Assembly: GCA_964016885.1 (NCBI GenBank)
Contig: OZ024742.1
Location: 47,988,001-48,052,000, forward strand
Source of the DNA: Eledone cirrhosa
Taxonomy: Eukaryota
DNA: 64,000 nucleotides
Reading direction: 5' to 3'
Positions 15,132-26,900 of the stretch are shown here, piece after piece. The notes beneath the pieces are model-generated. The model did not search any database. It saw only the letters and a program-made list of their open reading frames with translations, and was not told the DNA's origin. The translations under genes were made by a program, and so were the position numbers. Every line of letters starts with the position of its first letter. Within the stretch, counting starts at the first letter, position 1.

Positions 15132-17649
15132 CTAAGAGGAAGTTGTGTGCCAGTCTCGCTGGTAAGTTTTTGGTTTTTGCTCATAAAAACATAAATTTTC
15201 GTTTAAGAAAATATACCATTTTATAGATTGATCCTCCCGACTGAATTGTCAGTGAGTGGGTCATTGAAAATTTAATTTAAAAAAATTTATAAGAAATTGT
15301 TTTATAACTATGAATGATAGAATTGAAGCGTTTCCCGCCGTAAGTGGAAATGGGAGCGTTGAAATGAATAACACTATGACAATAAGGAATAGTGACCGAG
15401 AAAATTCACATAAAAAAGTATGGAAACACAAACGACACAAAAAATATTGAACAAGAAAAAAACACAACTTCACAAATGAACTCCACAACCACAAATCACG
15501 CAATTGAGAACAACAACAACAACAGCAACCATAAAAAAATCTTTTCCCACAACGAGCAAAGGAATTTTAAAAATATTGATATTTTCAATGCGAAGAAAAT
15601 GGTCAATGAAGGACAAAAATATGTTACCTTTGAGGAAAAAGGGGGATTTAAATCACCTCTCCGCCATAAATCAAAGCCGACACAATGCTAAAGACTGGGA
15701 TTTTTCGCACGATTTCGAACACACAAAACAAAACCGGCTTTCGTTATTCAAGGCGAAATTGAAATCGTCTTGAAAGAGGCAATACCACACATACACTTCA
15801 TACAAAGGGCTAAATTATATGGAAGCATTTCGGTACTCTTTAAAAGTGAGACCCTGGCGAAAAAGTACTCAGTGACCCCTACATACATGGGAAGAAGGAC
15901 ACAAAAATAAACATTTCCAACATACCACCCAACATTAACATCTGGTGGATTCTGGCAGGGTTCTTGGAGGAGGATGAAGGCAAAATACTGTCGATTCAAA
16001 ATTCCACAAGAAACACATGGAACGGCACAAGCTGGAAATGTTGGTCCAAATGAAACCGGAAAACATTTCCAAGATACCAGAAAGAGTGCCAGTATCCACA
16101 TTTCGACAGAAGCAGGGAGGCCACCTTGTTTTAAATGCGCAAGCACATCGCATTTAAAGGCCTCCTGTCCCCTCTTACGAACACGCACCCCCAAGTACTT
16201 TTACCAACACCAACACCAACACCAGAACCACAACAACAACACACAAAACAAGCAAACACAAAAAATAAACAACTGCTCAACCACAAACAACAGAAAAAAA
16301 CAAGTAATTCCCCTGAAAAACACAGTCCCACCCCATCCCACTCCATCCAACACTACCACAATCACACAGACAAACACACCATCACCACACAACATACCCC
16401 TCCCACACACCCCTGATTACGATTCATCGTCAGACGAGGCTTCTTCTCCATCTCCAAGTGAAGATGAAAGAGAGCCTCGGAAATAAAAAAAAAAACAAAA
16501 AAAGAGACAGTGCAAAGCTACAACAACACCAATCACCAGCAGCACAAACACCAGCACAAACAACAACACAAACACCACCACACTCAAACCACCCCCAACA
16601 AGCAAAACAAACACCAACACCAACCCAAACACAAATGCCCACCTTAAAAAGAAAACTACAAAATGAACAAACTAAAACAACACACCAAAAATAAAAACAA
16701 CAATACACATACATTAACACAAACAATAAAAACCTGATGGATGTCATCTCCCAAGACTCCAAAGTATAATTAAGGGGGAAACCTTTGTCAGGTCAGACTC
16801 TGCACCACACCTAAAACTGATAAAGATTTCGATGGAAACCTACCAGAAACTAAAGGAACAATTCTCGCAGGACGTCGGAAACCCTTGCCAAAAATCCATA
16901 AACCACGTCTTATTGAAACGTTTCCCCACCCGACCCAACACACCCAGCAACACCCAAATGGAGATTGAACAACCCAATCTTCAGCAAACGAAAAGGTAAA
17001 TGCATATGTTCGTCGTTTTCAACAACTCTTCTCCACCAACATGGCTAATTTACGAGTTGGAAGTGTGAATGTGCGTGGCCTAGGGTGCCCTGGAAACAAG
17101 ACCAACCTTTAAACGAGCTTAGGTCACACGGTATGGATGTGATAGCCATCATCGAGTCCAGGATTCACAACAACCAGCAACTAACCCCCATCTTTAATGA
17201 CTTTGAGGTCTACGCATCTCTCTGTCAGCCAGGGGGTGGAGCGGGAGTGGTTGTTATGTTTTTGAAAAAACTGGACCTCGAAATACAGGAAATACAGCTG
17301 GACCCGGAGGGTAGACAGGTAGTCCTAGACGTGAGCAGTATTGGTGGTGGAGCCTTCAGACTGGCGGCCGTTTTAGCCCCGACTGGGCAATCGCGGCCAG
17401 ATTTCTTTAAGCATCTAGAGTCTTTTCTAGGTACGTCTCGCTCCTTGCTTTTAGAGGGGGACTGGAATGGTATCCTAGACACACATTGGGACAATGTAGG
17501 AACATGTCCCAGTAGAGGGGGTGCAACAGCCTCAAACATTTATTCAGCCAATTCCAACTGGCCGATAGGTATCAACTAGATTTCCCGACTGCACTACAGT
17601 GGACGTGAACAAATCGCAGCGGGACATCTAGATTGTATTTAGATAGGTT

Positions 17650-17688
<39 letters not shown>

Positions 17689-20682
17689 TGTTAAGCTGCC
17701 ACAAATGTACATGTTTGCCTATGCAGACCACAAACTAGGCACCTGCATAGTCAACCATAATAGAATACATAGACAAGGACCCAGATCCTGGAAGCTGAAC
17801 ATGTTACCGACGCGTAAACATGCAGTAGACGGATAATTAGATTAGTTAAGTAACACTTGACGGGAGCCATCGTCAACAATAGATGGTGGTACTCTCTCAA
17901 GAGAGCAATTAGAGTAGAGTCGATAGCTTTTAGCAAATAACTAGCCTTAGAGAAAAAGAAGACAGAAAGAGAACTAGTAGCCAAGGTAGATGAGGCGCTT
18001 AGGAGTAGCAACACAGCTATAGTGCTAGCAATAAGAACGGCACTAGACCAGTTCTTTGATGCGAAACACGAAGGCTGCGTAGTTAGGAGTAGAACACGTG
18101 CTCTAGGAAACGAGGGAGCAAAAGCTGTTAGCTGGGCCCGAGTAGCAGAGGCAAAAAGTGGCAACAACTCCACGATTCGATCTTTGAAAGACCAAAACAG
18201 ACGCGTGATACTTGATTCCATGCGGATGCGCACGGCCTTTCAGCGGCATTTTGCGCAACTGGTCGAGCAGACCGGCGGTGCGCCGAACGAGGCAATAGAC
18301 TTCGGTTCATAGCTCGACAGCCTGCCGCGTCTATCGAGCACGGACGCCGAGTTCTGCGAAAGACCGATCGCAGCCGCTGAGATACGGGACGCTCTGGTCC
18401 GCTGCGGGAAAAGCAAATTACCCGGTCTAGATGGTCTACCTTATGAGGTTTACATAGGCATGCCGGACTTGTTCTCTGGCGTCCTCGAAACCGTATGTTG
18501 CAACTGGCAGCAGAACGGGAGAATTCCCAGTTCTGCAGGTAGGGGCGTAGTAACGCTGATCAGGAAAGACGAAAACACGGAGGATGAACTAAGCATATTT
18601 AGGCCCATAACTCTCCTAAACACAGAGTTAAAAAATGTGGCCAAGGTGTTAGCAATGATCCTGGCGCTTGTCATCGAGAACCTGGTGGGAAAAGCTCAAA
18701 GGTGTGCAGTTCCAACCAGGTTCATACCCGTGAACCTCCACCTCATGCGATACATCATAGAGAGTGTGGGGGTGTAAACCGGACTTCAATTTAGATCAAT
18801 CTAAGGCGTTCGATAGGGTCGAACATCGAATCTTTGAAGCGGTTCTCAAGGCGACCAGTTTTGGACCCGTCTTCAGAGGATGGATCAACACAATGCACAC
18901 CAACATCTGCTTGACGGTCAAGGTTAACGTCTACCTATCGGAGCTGTTCGCAATCACGCGTTCCATCCGATAGGGATGCCCTCTCTCCTCCGTATGTACG
19001 TATTGACTCAAGAGCCACTACTGCGGAAGTTGGAGCTTCTACAGGGCATCGCGTTGGAACCGGGACTGCGGAAAGCCACGTCGGCTTGTGCCGACGACGT
19101 GACAGTAATGGTGTCGAAAACCTCGGAATTGGGACGATCAGCAACTTACTGCAGGAATACCAAAGACTCATAGGAGCAATACTGAACCCTGATAAGTCTG
19201 TCGGTTTTCAACTCGGAACGTGTAGAGGCAAACCGATGCCGTCAGACAGCGAGTCGGATGCTGGACGGAAGGACCGGCGAAATTGCTCGGGGTTTGGTTC
19301 GGTCCTGACATCCATGTGGAGAAAAACTGGAACGAGGTCATGGCCAAGGTATTTGCGCTCACCCAGAAGTGGGCAGAGTGCAAACTATCCTTGAAAGGTG
19401 GAGCGTAGGTGGCGAATACTTTCATAGCGCCCGTTATCTCCTACCGCTTGACCGTCGTGCCTTGTTCCCGTGAATACCGCACAAACATGGAACGCATGCT
19501 CATGCAGTTCCTTAGGAAGAAGCAGGCTCCATTGGTGAGGGGATCCGTCTGCTGTTAGCACCCTTCCAACGGAGGGAAGCCATGGCTGATGATGCGCCAA
19601 CATGCGCTGAGGTTACGGCATCTCCAAGTATTCCTCGCCGATCAACCGGTGTGGGCACCGTTTGTGAGACAGGCCTTCCCGCAACTTGTCTCGTTGACGG
19701 AGCTCCAGTCCTGGGTCAAGCGGAGACCGAAGAAAATGGGTGCCTGACACATTGAATCCGCTCAGGCGCTCCCAGTCCTCTGTCAAGCGGGCATAGCAAT
19801 CAGTGGAGACACCATTTCGACATTCTATAGAGGGTTAGTACGACACAAGTGCGCCGACCTGCTCGGAGAGATTCTGGGCGTCGAAGACGACGCGCTGACC
19901 AGTTTATTCGGTAGAACTTTCCGCCCGGGACCTATGGACAACTTCCAAAGGACTGGCAGTGCTACCGACCAGCTCTACCATTTCAAGACATGACCTACAA
20001 GCACAGATCCTTCGAAGAGGACGTTTCCTAGATGCGAGCAGGACATTGAAACCGCCCTGTCCGCAATTGTACACTGCCCGGGCGTAAACGACCTGTGGAA
20101 TTACGCAGAACAAGTGCTGTCACGTATGGGACAAATCCAGTTGAGTGCTAAGTCCATAGTAAGGATCAAACCGCCAACTTCTTTCAAAAACTAAAGATAG
20201 GCGGTTTTACTCTGTATAGTGGCTATGGTAAAAGAGGTTATATGGTGGACGAGATTGAGAGGACTGAGGACAGATGCCTTTCTTTCCGGACAACAACTCA
20301 TTCCCTTCTTTAGGTACCACTTTAGAAGGAGAATCAGAGTGGAGAGAGAAGCACTGCACTCCAGTAAATTTAGAGAAAGGTGGGTGAATGTAGCATAAAT
20401 GGCCCGAGTGATTGGGCCTTCTCTATATATAAACCTATAGGTTGAAGAAGAGAGCAAAAGGAAGAAAGGATCACTTGCACAACACGCTCCTGAAGTTGAG
20501 GGTTGTTCTATCGACGGGGTATTAAACAACCCATATTTTAACGCCTCCCCCTATTGTGGATTTAGATCGTTAAATTTGTTTTAATAATATTTTTACACGA
20601 CTGTACATAAAATCCCCGGCATGTGTCTTTGTATTGTTCCCTTTTCTTGTGCGCCCTTGTGGCAAATAAAGAAATATGTCTA
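15132..20682 (+). mobile_element. Tx1 copy 2, full length and heavily degenerate (same subfamily as copy 4)
   Basis: ORF1 knuckle CFKCASTSHLKASC. ORF2 runs from ATG 17041 to TAG 20440 with many lesions, including a (GA)n expansion near 17656-17686. 3' end is GGCAAATAAAGAAA. Confidence 0.9.
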
Positions 20683-20960
20683 TTACACCGTGTAACAAAG
20701 ACATTTTTTTTCTCTGTTCCTCGCTTGTAATCACTTGTTTGTGTTGCTTAGGTCCCAAATAAATAAAAAAAGTGCAATTTAACAGTTAAAAGTTTGGGTT
20801 TGTAAACATTCTAAGCTATTCACTAGAATTATTTGTATGCTAGATTTTACGTTGTATGTAAGTTTAATTTGCTTATGTTAAATGATTTTTTTATGTGTTT
20901 CAAGTTAAATTAAAATTATAAAATAAAGAGTAATACCTAAAGATAATTATAAAAGTGCAA

Positions 20961-21847
20961 TCTATATATATACAACTGTGGTTGTCTGTCTGTCTATCGA
21001 TTTTTGGCACACATCTCCTCTTAGAATCTCTCACGGAATTGCACCGAAATAGCTATACTTGTACATTGAGCCCTAGCGAAGACATCGGAAAAAAAAATTT
21101 CAAATTGACCCACCCTATGTGACGAAATCGAATATAATGTATCGATTTTTGAGCGTATGTTATCAGTTATTTCCTTTTGTTCTGTTTACATTGAGCGTCT
21201 TACGTAAAAAATTACGCTGGCTTTCTCAGCGTTTAAAATGACATTAACACATTCATCAGTTCGAACACTAAGCTTCCGTTTTGCTTCATTTCCATTTAAA
21301 AGCATTTTAAAACAATATTTTTGCTTGAAAACAAGTCTATTTAAAGACTACGTAAAACAAGCAAATATTTCGTCGTTAGGCGTGCAGACAGACAGTCGTG
21401 CAGAGAGGTGATATACGCGTGCAGACAGACAGTCGTGCAGAGAGGTGATATAGGCGTGCAGACAGACAGTCGTGCAGAGAGGTGATATAGGCGTGCAGAC
21501 AGACAGTCGTGCAGAGAGGTGATATAGGCGTGCAGACAGACATAACTGATAATTTGGTTACGCTAATGTTTTTCTCTGCGTTGCAGTGTTTACATTTTCG
21601 ATCTTTGTTAATAAATAACCAGTGCAGTTTCTATCCCCAGCATCCTCTTTTGTTATAACATTCGGGTTATCGTTATGTTTTCTTAACTTCATAAGGCATA
21701 TTGTTGGTTGACGGAATATTAATCAAAAACATCACATGCAAGTCTGCACAGTAGACACTACAGTTTTTAAGCCAAGAAAGAAACTTAACATTGTAACTTT
21801 AACACAGCTACTGAGCGACCCCGAGCAACGCCGGGCTTTACTGCTAG
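20961..21847 (+). mobile_element. Non-autonomous Helitron nested in the Chapaev3 element
   Basis: 5' end is A|TCTATATATA. Subterminal GC hairpin CCCGAGCAACGCCGGG at 21820-21835. 3' end is CTAG|T. No TSD. Confidence 0.8.
21378..21542. repeat. 37-bp minisatellite, about 4.5 copies, inside the Helitron
   Basis: Unit AGGCGTGCAGACAGACAGTCGTGCAGAGAGGTGATAT starts at 21378, 21415, 21452, 21489 and 21526 (partial). Confidence 0.95.
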
Positions 21848-22039
21848 TAAAGTATAAAATTGTTAAAAAGTGGATTAAAGAGATTTATTGATACTGGATT
21901 TTAGCACTCTGAATAAAAGGTAAGTTGTGTTTTAAGCACGAATTTTCATTAGTATGATTAGTGTTCTTTCATATTGTTTAAATATGTATTTCCCTTTCCA
22001 ATATTTATTTTGTATTGCATATCAAATTTATTTTCCAAG

Positions 22040-23280
22040 ACAAGTATTCTGATGAAGAGGGGGAGATGGATGCTGAGGGCTTGGATTACCTGCCTGAGGT
22101 ACCAGAAAAAAGTTCCTCACTTCCCAAACCAAAAAGAAGTCAATGACTTGGTCAGGGATATGGGTCTGACCAAGTCCAATGCAGAGTTATTCGTCTCCAG
22201 GATGAAGCAGTGGAACTTGGTCAAGGAGGAAGTGTAGGTGACAAGTCACAGAAGTCGACACGAACCTTTCTCAGGCTTTTACACTCTTAGGGATGGCCTC
22301 TGCTTCTGCCATGACGTGCCTGGACTGTTTGAGGTTATTGGGGTGCCGTTTGTGCCCAAGGAGTGGCGGCTATTTATAGACAGCTCCACCACAAGTTTGA
22401 AGGCTGTCCTCTTCCACAATGGAAACAAGTTCCCGACACTGCCCCTAGCTCATTCAGTCTGCTTGAAGGAAGATTACTACAGTGTGAAAGTCCTCTTGAA
22501 AGCTCTGCAATACAACCAGTACAATTGGGAAATCATTGGAGACTTCAAGATGGTGGAATCCTGCTTGGACCCCAAGGAAGCTTTATCAAATTCCAATGCT
22601 TCCTCTGTCTTTGGGACAGCAGAACCACCTCTGATCACTACAAAAGAAAGAACTGGGATCAGCGAACGGAATTTGTAGTTGGGACCCGGAACGTCATGTG
22701 GGAGCCACTGCTTGATGCCAGGATTGTGCTCATGCCGCCGCTACACATGAAGTGGGGGTTGATGAAGCAGTATTTGAAGGCTCTCAACCAAGAATCTGCC
22801 GCTTTTAAGTACCTTTTTGAGTTCTTCCCCAAGTTATCTGTGGCCAAAATCAAAGGTGGAATTGTTGTTGGACCTCAGATAAAGAAGGTGTTTGAGTCTA
22901 CCGAGTTCTACAATAAGCTCAATAGGATTAAGAGAACAGCATGGAACTGCTTCAAGGCAGTTGTTAAGGGCTTCCTGGTCAACTACATAGCTGAAAACTA
23001 CCAGCAACTGGTGCATGATCTGTTAAAGGCTTTTGGCGCCATGGGATCGAGGATGTCGCTTAAACTCCGTATGCTGGACGCTCACCTGGAAACATTCAAG
23101 GACAATATGGGCGCCTACTCAGAAGAACAAGGCGAACGCTTCCAGCAAGATGTGAAAGAGATAGAGCGGATGTACCAGGGCCAGTACAATGAAAACATAA
23201 TGGGGGACTATATCTGGGGCTAGTGCGGGAATGCGACCTGGACTACCACCGCAAATCCAGGAAATCCAGTCATTTCTGAC
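22040..23280 (+). pseudogene. Chapaev3-type DDE transposase, disrupted
   Basis: Motifs WRLFIDSS..SLKAVL.HNGN, IIGDFKM, CFLCLWDSR, PPLHMKWGLMKQ, MSLKL and SEEQGERFQQD..YQG..MGDYIW. One stop near 22237 and one frameshift near 22555. Confidence 0.82.
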
Positions 23281-23573
23281 GTGTATGAGTTGCTTTAAAA
23301 GTATTTTTGTTTTTTACTTGTTTGCTTTTGATAAGCTTGTCTAATAAAATACATATATACTCTGTTGATTTAATTATATGAACTGATAAATTTCGAAATA
23401 TCAAACATCCGACCCCAAACCCAAACTTCTGATTAAATAATAGTGTTTTTCTTTTTATAATAATGGTTTATAACAAACCATGAAATGACACTTAGAACCG
23501 GGGAACAAAAAATATGTTACACGGTGTTATCTATCTATCTATTAATCAATCTATCTATCTATCACTAATTGTA

Positions 23574-23610
<37 letters not shown>

Positions 23611-24544
23611 TTGTGTGTATGTGTGTGTGCCTGAGTTTGTGTTTGAGTGTGTGTGCGTGTGTGGTAGCTTGCGTATACGTTAAAGGGTAGAGAAAGGCAG
23701 ACAGATAGAGTAAAATATATACACTTAGATGCTTACGCTTGCTTAAAGCCTCTAATATTAGTTTTATTCTATTGGACACCACTAATATAGTTATATCTTC
23801 ACATACTTCGTCCATATTTTATTTTCTATAAATATCATCTCAGTTTACGAGAGAAATATGGCAGATGCCAATGTATATGTCTGTATTTTATTTAGTATCA
23901 TGCATCGTTCACCATTTGGAATCCTATTTCTCTGAATAAGCGTACCTTTTGATGTGAGCAAATATTTGTCCACATAGACTTTCAGATCGATAGTCATAAA
24001 AATTCCTGGATTATTTGACACGGCTTTTATCAAGAGAATGGACCACGTAGATAGGAACGCTCTGGTTTAAAGATACAAACGATTTATCGACACTAAAACC
24101 GGGCAGATGTGTATATTCCAATAATAAAATTAACATATTGTATGTAACATTTCAAAATATTACTCAAAGAGTAACACCGATGGGGACAAGATTCTTTGAA
24201 GGGAGGAAATTATCAGAAGTCGCTGAAATTTAGTGGGCTATGGAGGTTCATATTAAAAAATGTTTGGTATATGCAATGAGAAATGTTATAAATATGTTTG
24301 AGGTGTCTGTTCTGATTAATGAAATGAATTTAGTACCACTTTCCAGTTTTACAATATGCAATTGCGTGGTTATATATTTTACAGATTTGTATCTATCAAT
24401 ATCCGCATAGAGAGTAAGTACACACTCACTATTTCAGGTATTGTAAAGTAAACATTGTTCAAATGTTTCCAATATTTAACATATTTTGTCTTTGCAGATG
24501 GCATTCCATTCCCATAACACAGGCACAGACAGACACGCATACAC

Positions 24545-24622
<78 letters not shown>

Positions 24623-24628
24623 ACACAT

Positions 24629-24704
<76 letters not shown>

Positions 24705-24837
24705 TGCAACTTGATTTCGAGTAACCTCATCGCTTGATACTTAACCATGAGCATCACGGACGTGGCTTTTTAGTCTTGCTAGGGATTTGCCTATGGCCAG
24801 CAATACCATGCATTTCAAAAAATGTATATTATATATG

Positions 24838-24861
24838 TATCTATCTATCTATCTATCTATC
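24838..24861. repeat. (TATC)n, 5' flank of Tx1 copy 3
   Basis: Direct reading. Confidence 0.9.
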
Positions 24862-25064
24862 TTGATAGAGTAAGACACGCTTCGCATCGGCTCCGCTATT
24901 CCATCGGGATTTACCCTTACTATTGTAAGTACCGGATAAATTTTTTAGTGCAACACATTTGGAACACTAACCCCTGTTATTTAGGGAAACATTTTTGCAT
25001 TTACCCCCTTTTTAGGGGGTAAAATAAATATCTATTTTTGCCGAAAAATTTCTTTCTTGGCAGC

Positions 25065-26900
25065 ATGGCGGAAAAGATGGCAGACATGTCTGCCATTAGC
25101 TCTGCCACGCCCCCCAAGTCTGAAGAACAAAAAATAATTACAACAAAATTAGACATTGAAACAAACAAACAAAATGAAAAAACAAATGTTAAGGAAAATG
25201 AGCAAACAGAAAACAAACAAACAGAAAATAATACAAATAACGACAGGGCAACTTTCGCCCAGAAAACAAAGCAATCCATTACATACACACCAATTGACCT
25301 AACTGCCGCCAGAGAAAAACTGGCCGAAGCAAAGAAACATATTGTTTTGGGGGAAAACGGAATGTTTTCCATTAACTCCCCCCCAGAATTCAAGAAAGCC
25401 AGAGCAGAAAACACAGTTATATACAGAACTATACTAAACCAGTCAAGAAAGCCAGCACAGCCCAGCCAAATGGAAATAGAGTTAGTCCTAAAAGACTATA
25501 TGAAGAATATTCTCTTCATACGAAAGGACCGACTCTATGGCAGCATTTCGGTCCTAACAAGAGACAAAGAAACGGCGGTTCAGCTTTCCCTAAGCCCACT
25601 CTCGTCGACAACATATAGCTTCTATCCCTCCTACATGGGTAGAAGAACACAGAGGGTAAAAGTAAAAACAATGCTGCCCACAATGGACTTCTGGTGGGCT
25701 ATTGCTGGCTTCATTGATATGGGCGAAGACACTATGCTGTCAATGGGGAAGGCAACTGGAGATGCGTTCCTGGGAATGGGCCTCGACATACTAGTCCAAA
25801 TGAGGCCCGAAAGAATAGCACAAATCCCGGATCGCATCTGGCTGGATGACCTTACCCCAATAGACATAATTGTAGAGGGGAGAAGACCAGCATGCTATTT
25901 ATGCATGGAAAGGGGACACGTTAAGGCTAACTGCCCGAAACGTATCCCCCAAAAAGGACTATTGCCCACACCCACCACAAACAGTACACCAGCACCACCC
26001 ACCTCCAAAAATACACTAATACCACACACAGCAAACAAAATACAGACACCACCAACCACAAACACAACACAAACATCACCACCACCAGCACCAAACACAA
26101 GCACGACACAAAAATCACCACCACCAACCACAACACAAACATCACCACCACCATTACCAACCACAAGCACGACACAAACATTACCACCACCACCACCACA
26201 AAACCCATTCCAAACAAATAATAAAAAAAACAGTAACAAATCTACCCCTCCCGCAAAAAAAAAACAACCACACAACACGTCCCTCCCACCTAGCGCTGAA
26301 GAGTTTCCCCCAACTTCTGAAGAAGAAGGAGGAGAAGCCTTCAGACAAGTTAAAAGAAAAAAAAGAAAACACACACCCAGCACACCACAAATAACCCACA
26401 CACAAACACCAACTCCAATCAAAAACACCCCACCCTCAACAAACAAAAATAAATCTGCGCCTCCCCTCTCCGAAACATTGACAGCATCACAAAAAAAGAC
26501 GTTGCAATACACATATATAAATAAAGAAAACAAAAAACTGGTTAAATTAATAAACAATAACCCTATGGTGCAGACCGAAGGGCCAAACTTTATCTCAACA
26601 GAGAACTTCACCCATTTAAAAATGATAAAGGTCCCTCTGGACCTTTATCGTTCCTTAAAAGAACAATTTAGACGGGACGTGAGCCCCCCCTGTTTAAAAC
26701 CGTTGAATCGCGTCCTCTTGAAAGATTTCCCCATAACCGCCCCTCTCCCTGACACAACTCCAAATACCCCAACCCCACCACACACGTGTACCCCCACACC
26801 ACCACAAAACATCCCTCCACCCAACACACCTGATGCCATGGAAATTACGCAACCCGGAGAGGTAAGTGCTTTTCTTTCTTCACTTTCAACACCAAAATAG
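25065..26900 (+). CDS. Tx1 ORF1p: nucleic-acid-binding protein with one CX2CX4HX4C knuckle, T/P-rich linker, basic NLS-like patch and conserved C-terminal block
   Basis: First in-frame ATG at 25065. Motifs CYLCMERGHVKANC and VKRKKRK. Homologous to the ORF1 remnants of the other three copies. Confidence 0.9.
   Translation: MAEKMADMSAISSATPPKSEEQKIITTKLDIETNKQNEKTNVKENEQTENKQTENNTNNDRATFAQKTKQSITYTPIDLTAAREKLAEAKKHIVLGENGMFSINSPPEFKKARAENTVIYRTILNQSRKPAQPSQMEIELVLKDYMKNILFIRKDRLYGSISVLTRDKETAVQLSLSPLSSTTYSFYPSYMGRRTQRVKVKTMLPTMDFWWAIAGFIDMGEDTMLSMGKATGDAFLGMGLDILVQMRPERIAQIPDRIWLDDLTPIDIIVEGRRPACYLCMERGHVKANCPKRIPQKGLLPTPTTNSTPAPPTSKNTLIPHTANKIQTPPTTNTTQTSPPPAPNTSTTQKSPPPTTTQTSPPPLPTTSTTQTLPPPPPQNPFQTNNKKNSNKSTPPAKKKQPHNTSLPPSAEEFPPTSEEEGGEAFRQVKRKKRKHTPSTPQITHTQTPTPIKNTPPSTNKNKSAPPLSETLTASQKKTLQYTYINKENKKLVKLINNNPMVQTEGPNFISTENFTHLKMIKVPLDLYRSLKEQFRRDVSPPCLKPLNRVLLKDFPITAPLPDTTPNTPTPPHTCTPTPPQNIPPPNTPDAMEITQPGEVSAFLSSLSTPK

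Larger units (their letters stand above)
20686..23526 (+). mobile_element. Chapaev3-like (CMC superfamily) DNA transposon
   Basis: 12-bp perfect TIRs CACCGTGTAACA and TGTTACACGGTG. 3-bp TSD TTA at 20683-20685 and 23527-23529. Contains a transposase remnant. Confidence 0.82.

Noticed and set aside
21378-21542. CRISPR-like 37-bp repeats
   Set aside because: The units are contiguous with no unique spacers, there are no cas genes, and the context is a eukaryotic Helitron.
25895-26611. 238-aa antisense ORF and other ORFs antisense to Tx1 or R4
   Set aside because: They are shadows of A/C-rich or GC-rich coding strands and show no recognisable motifs.
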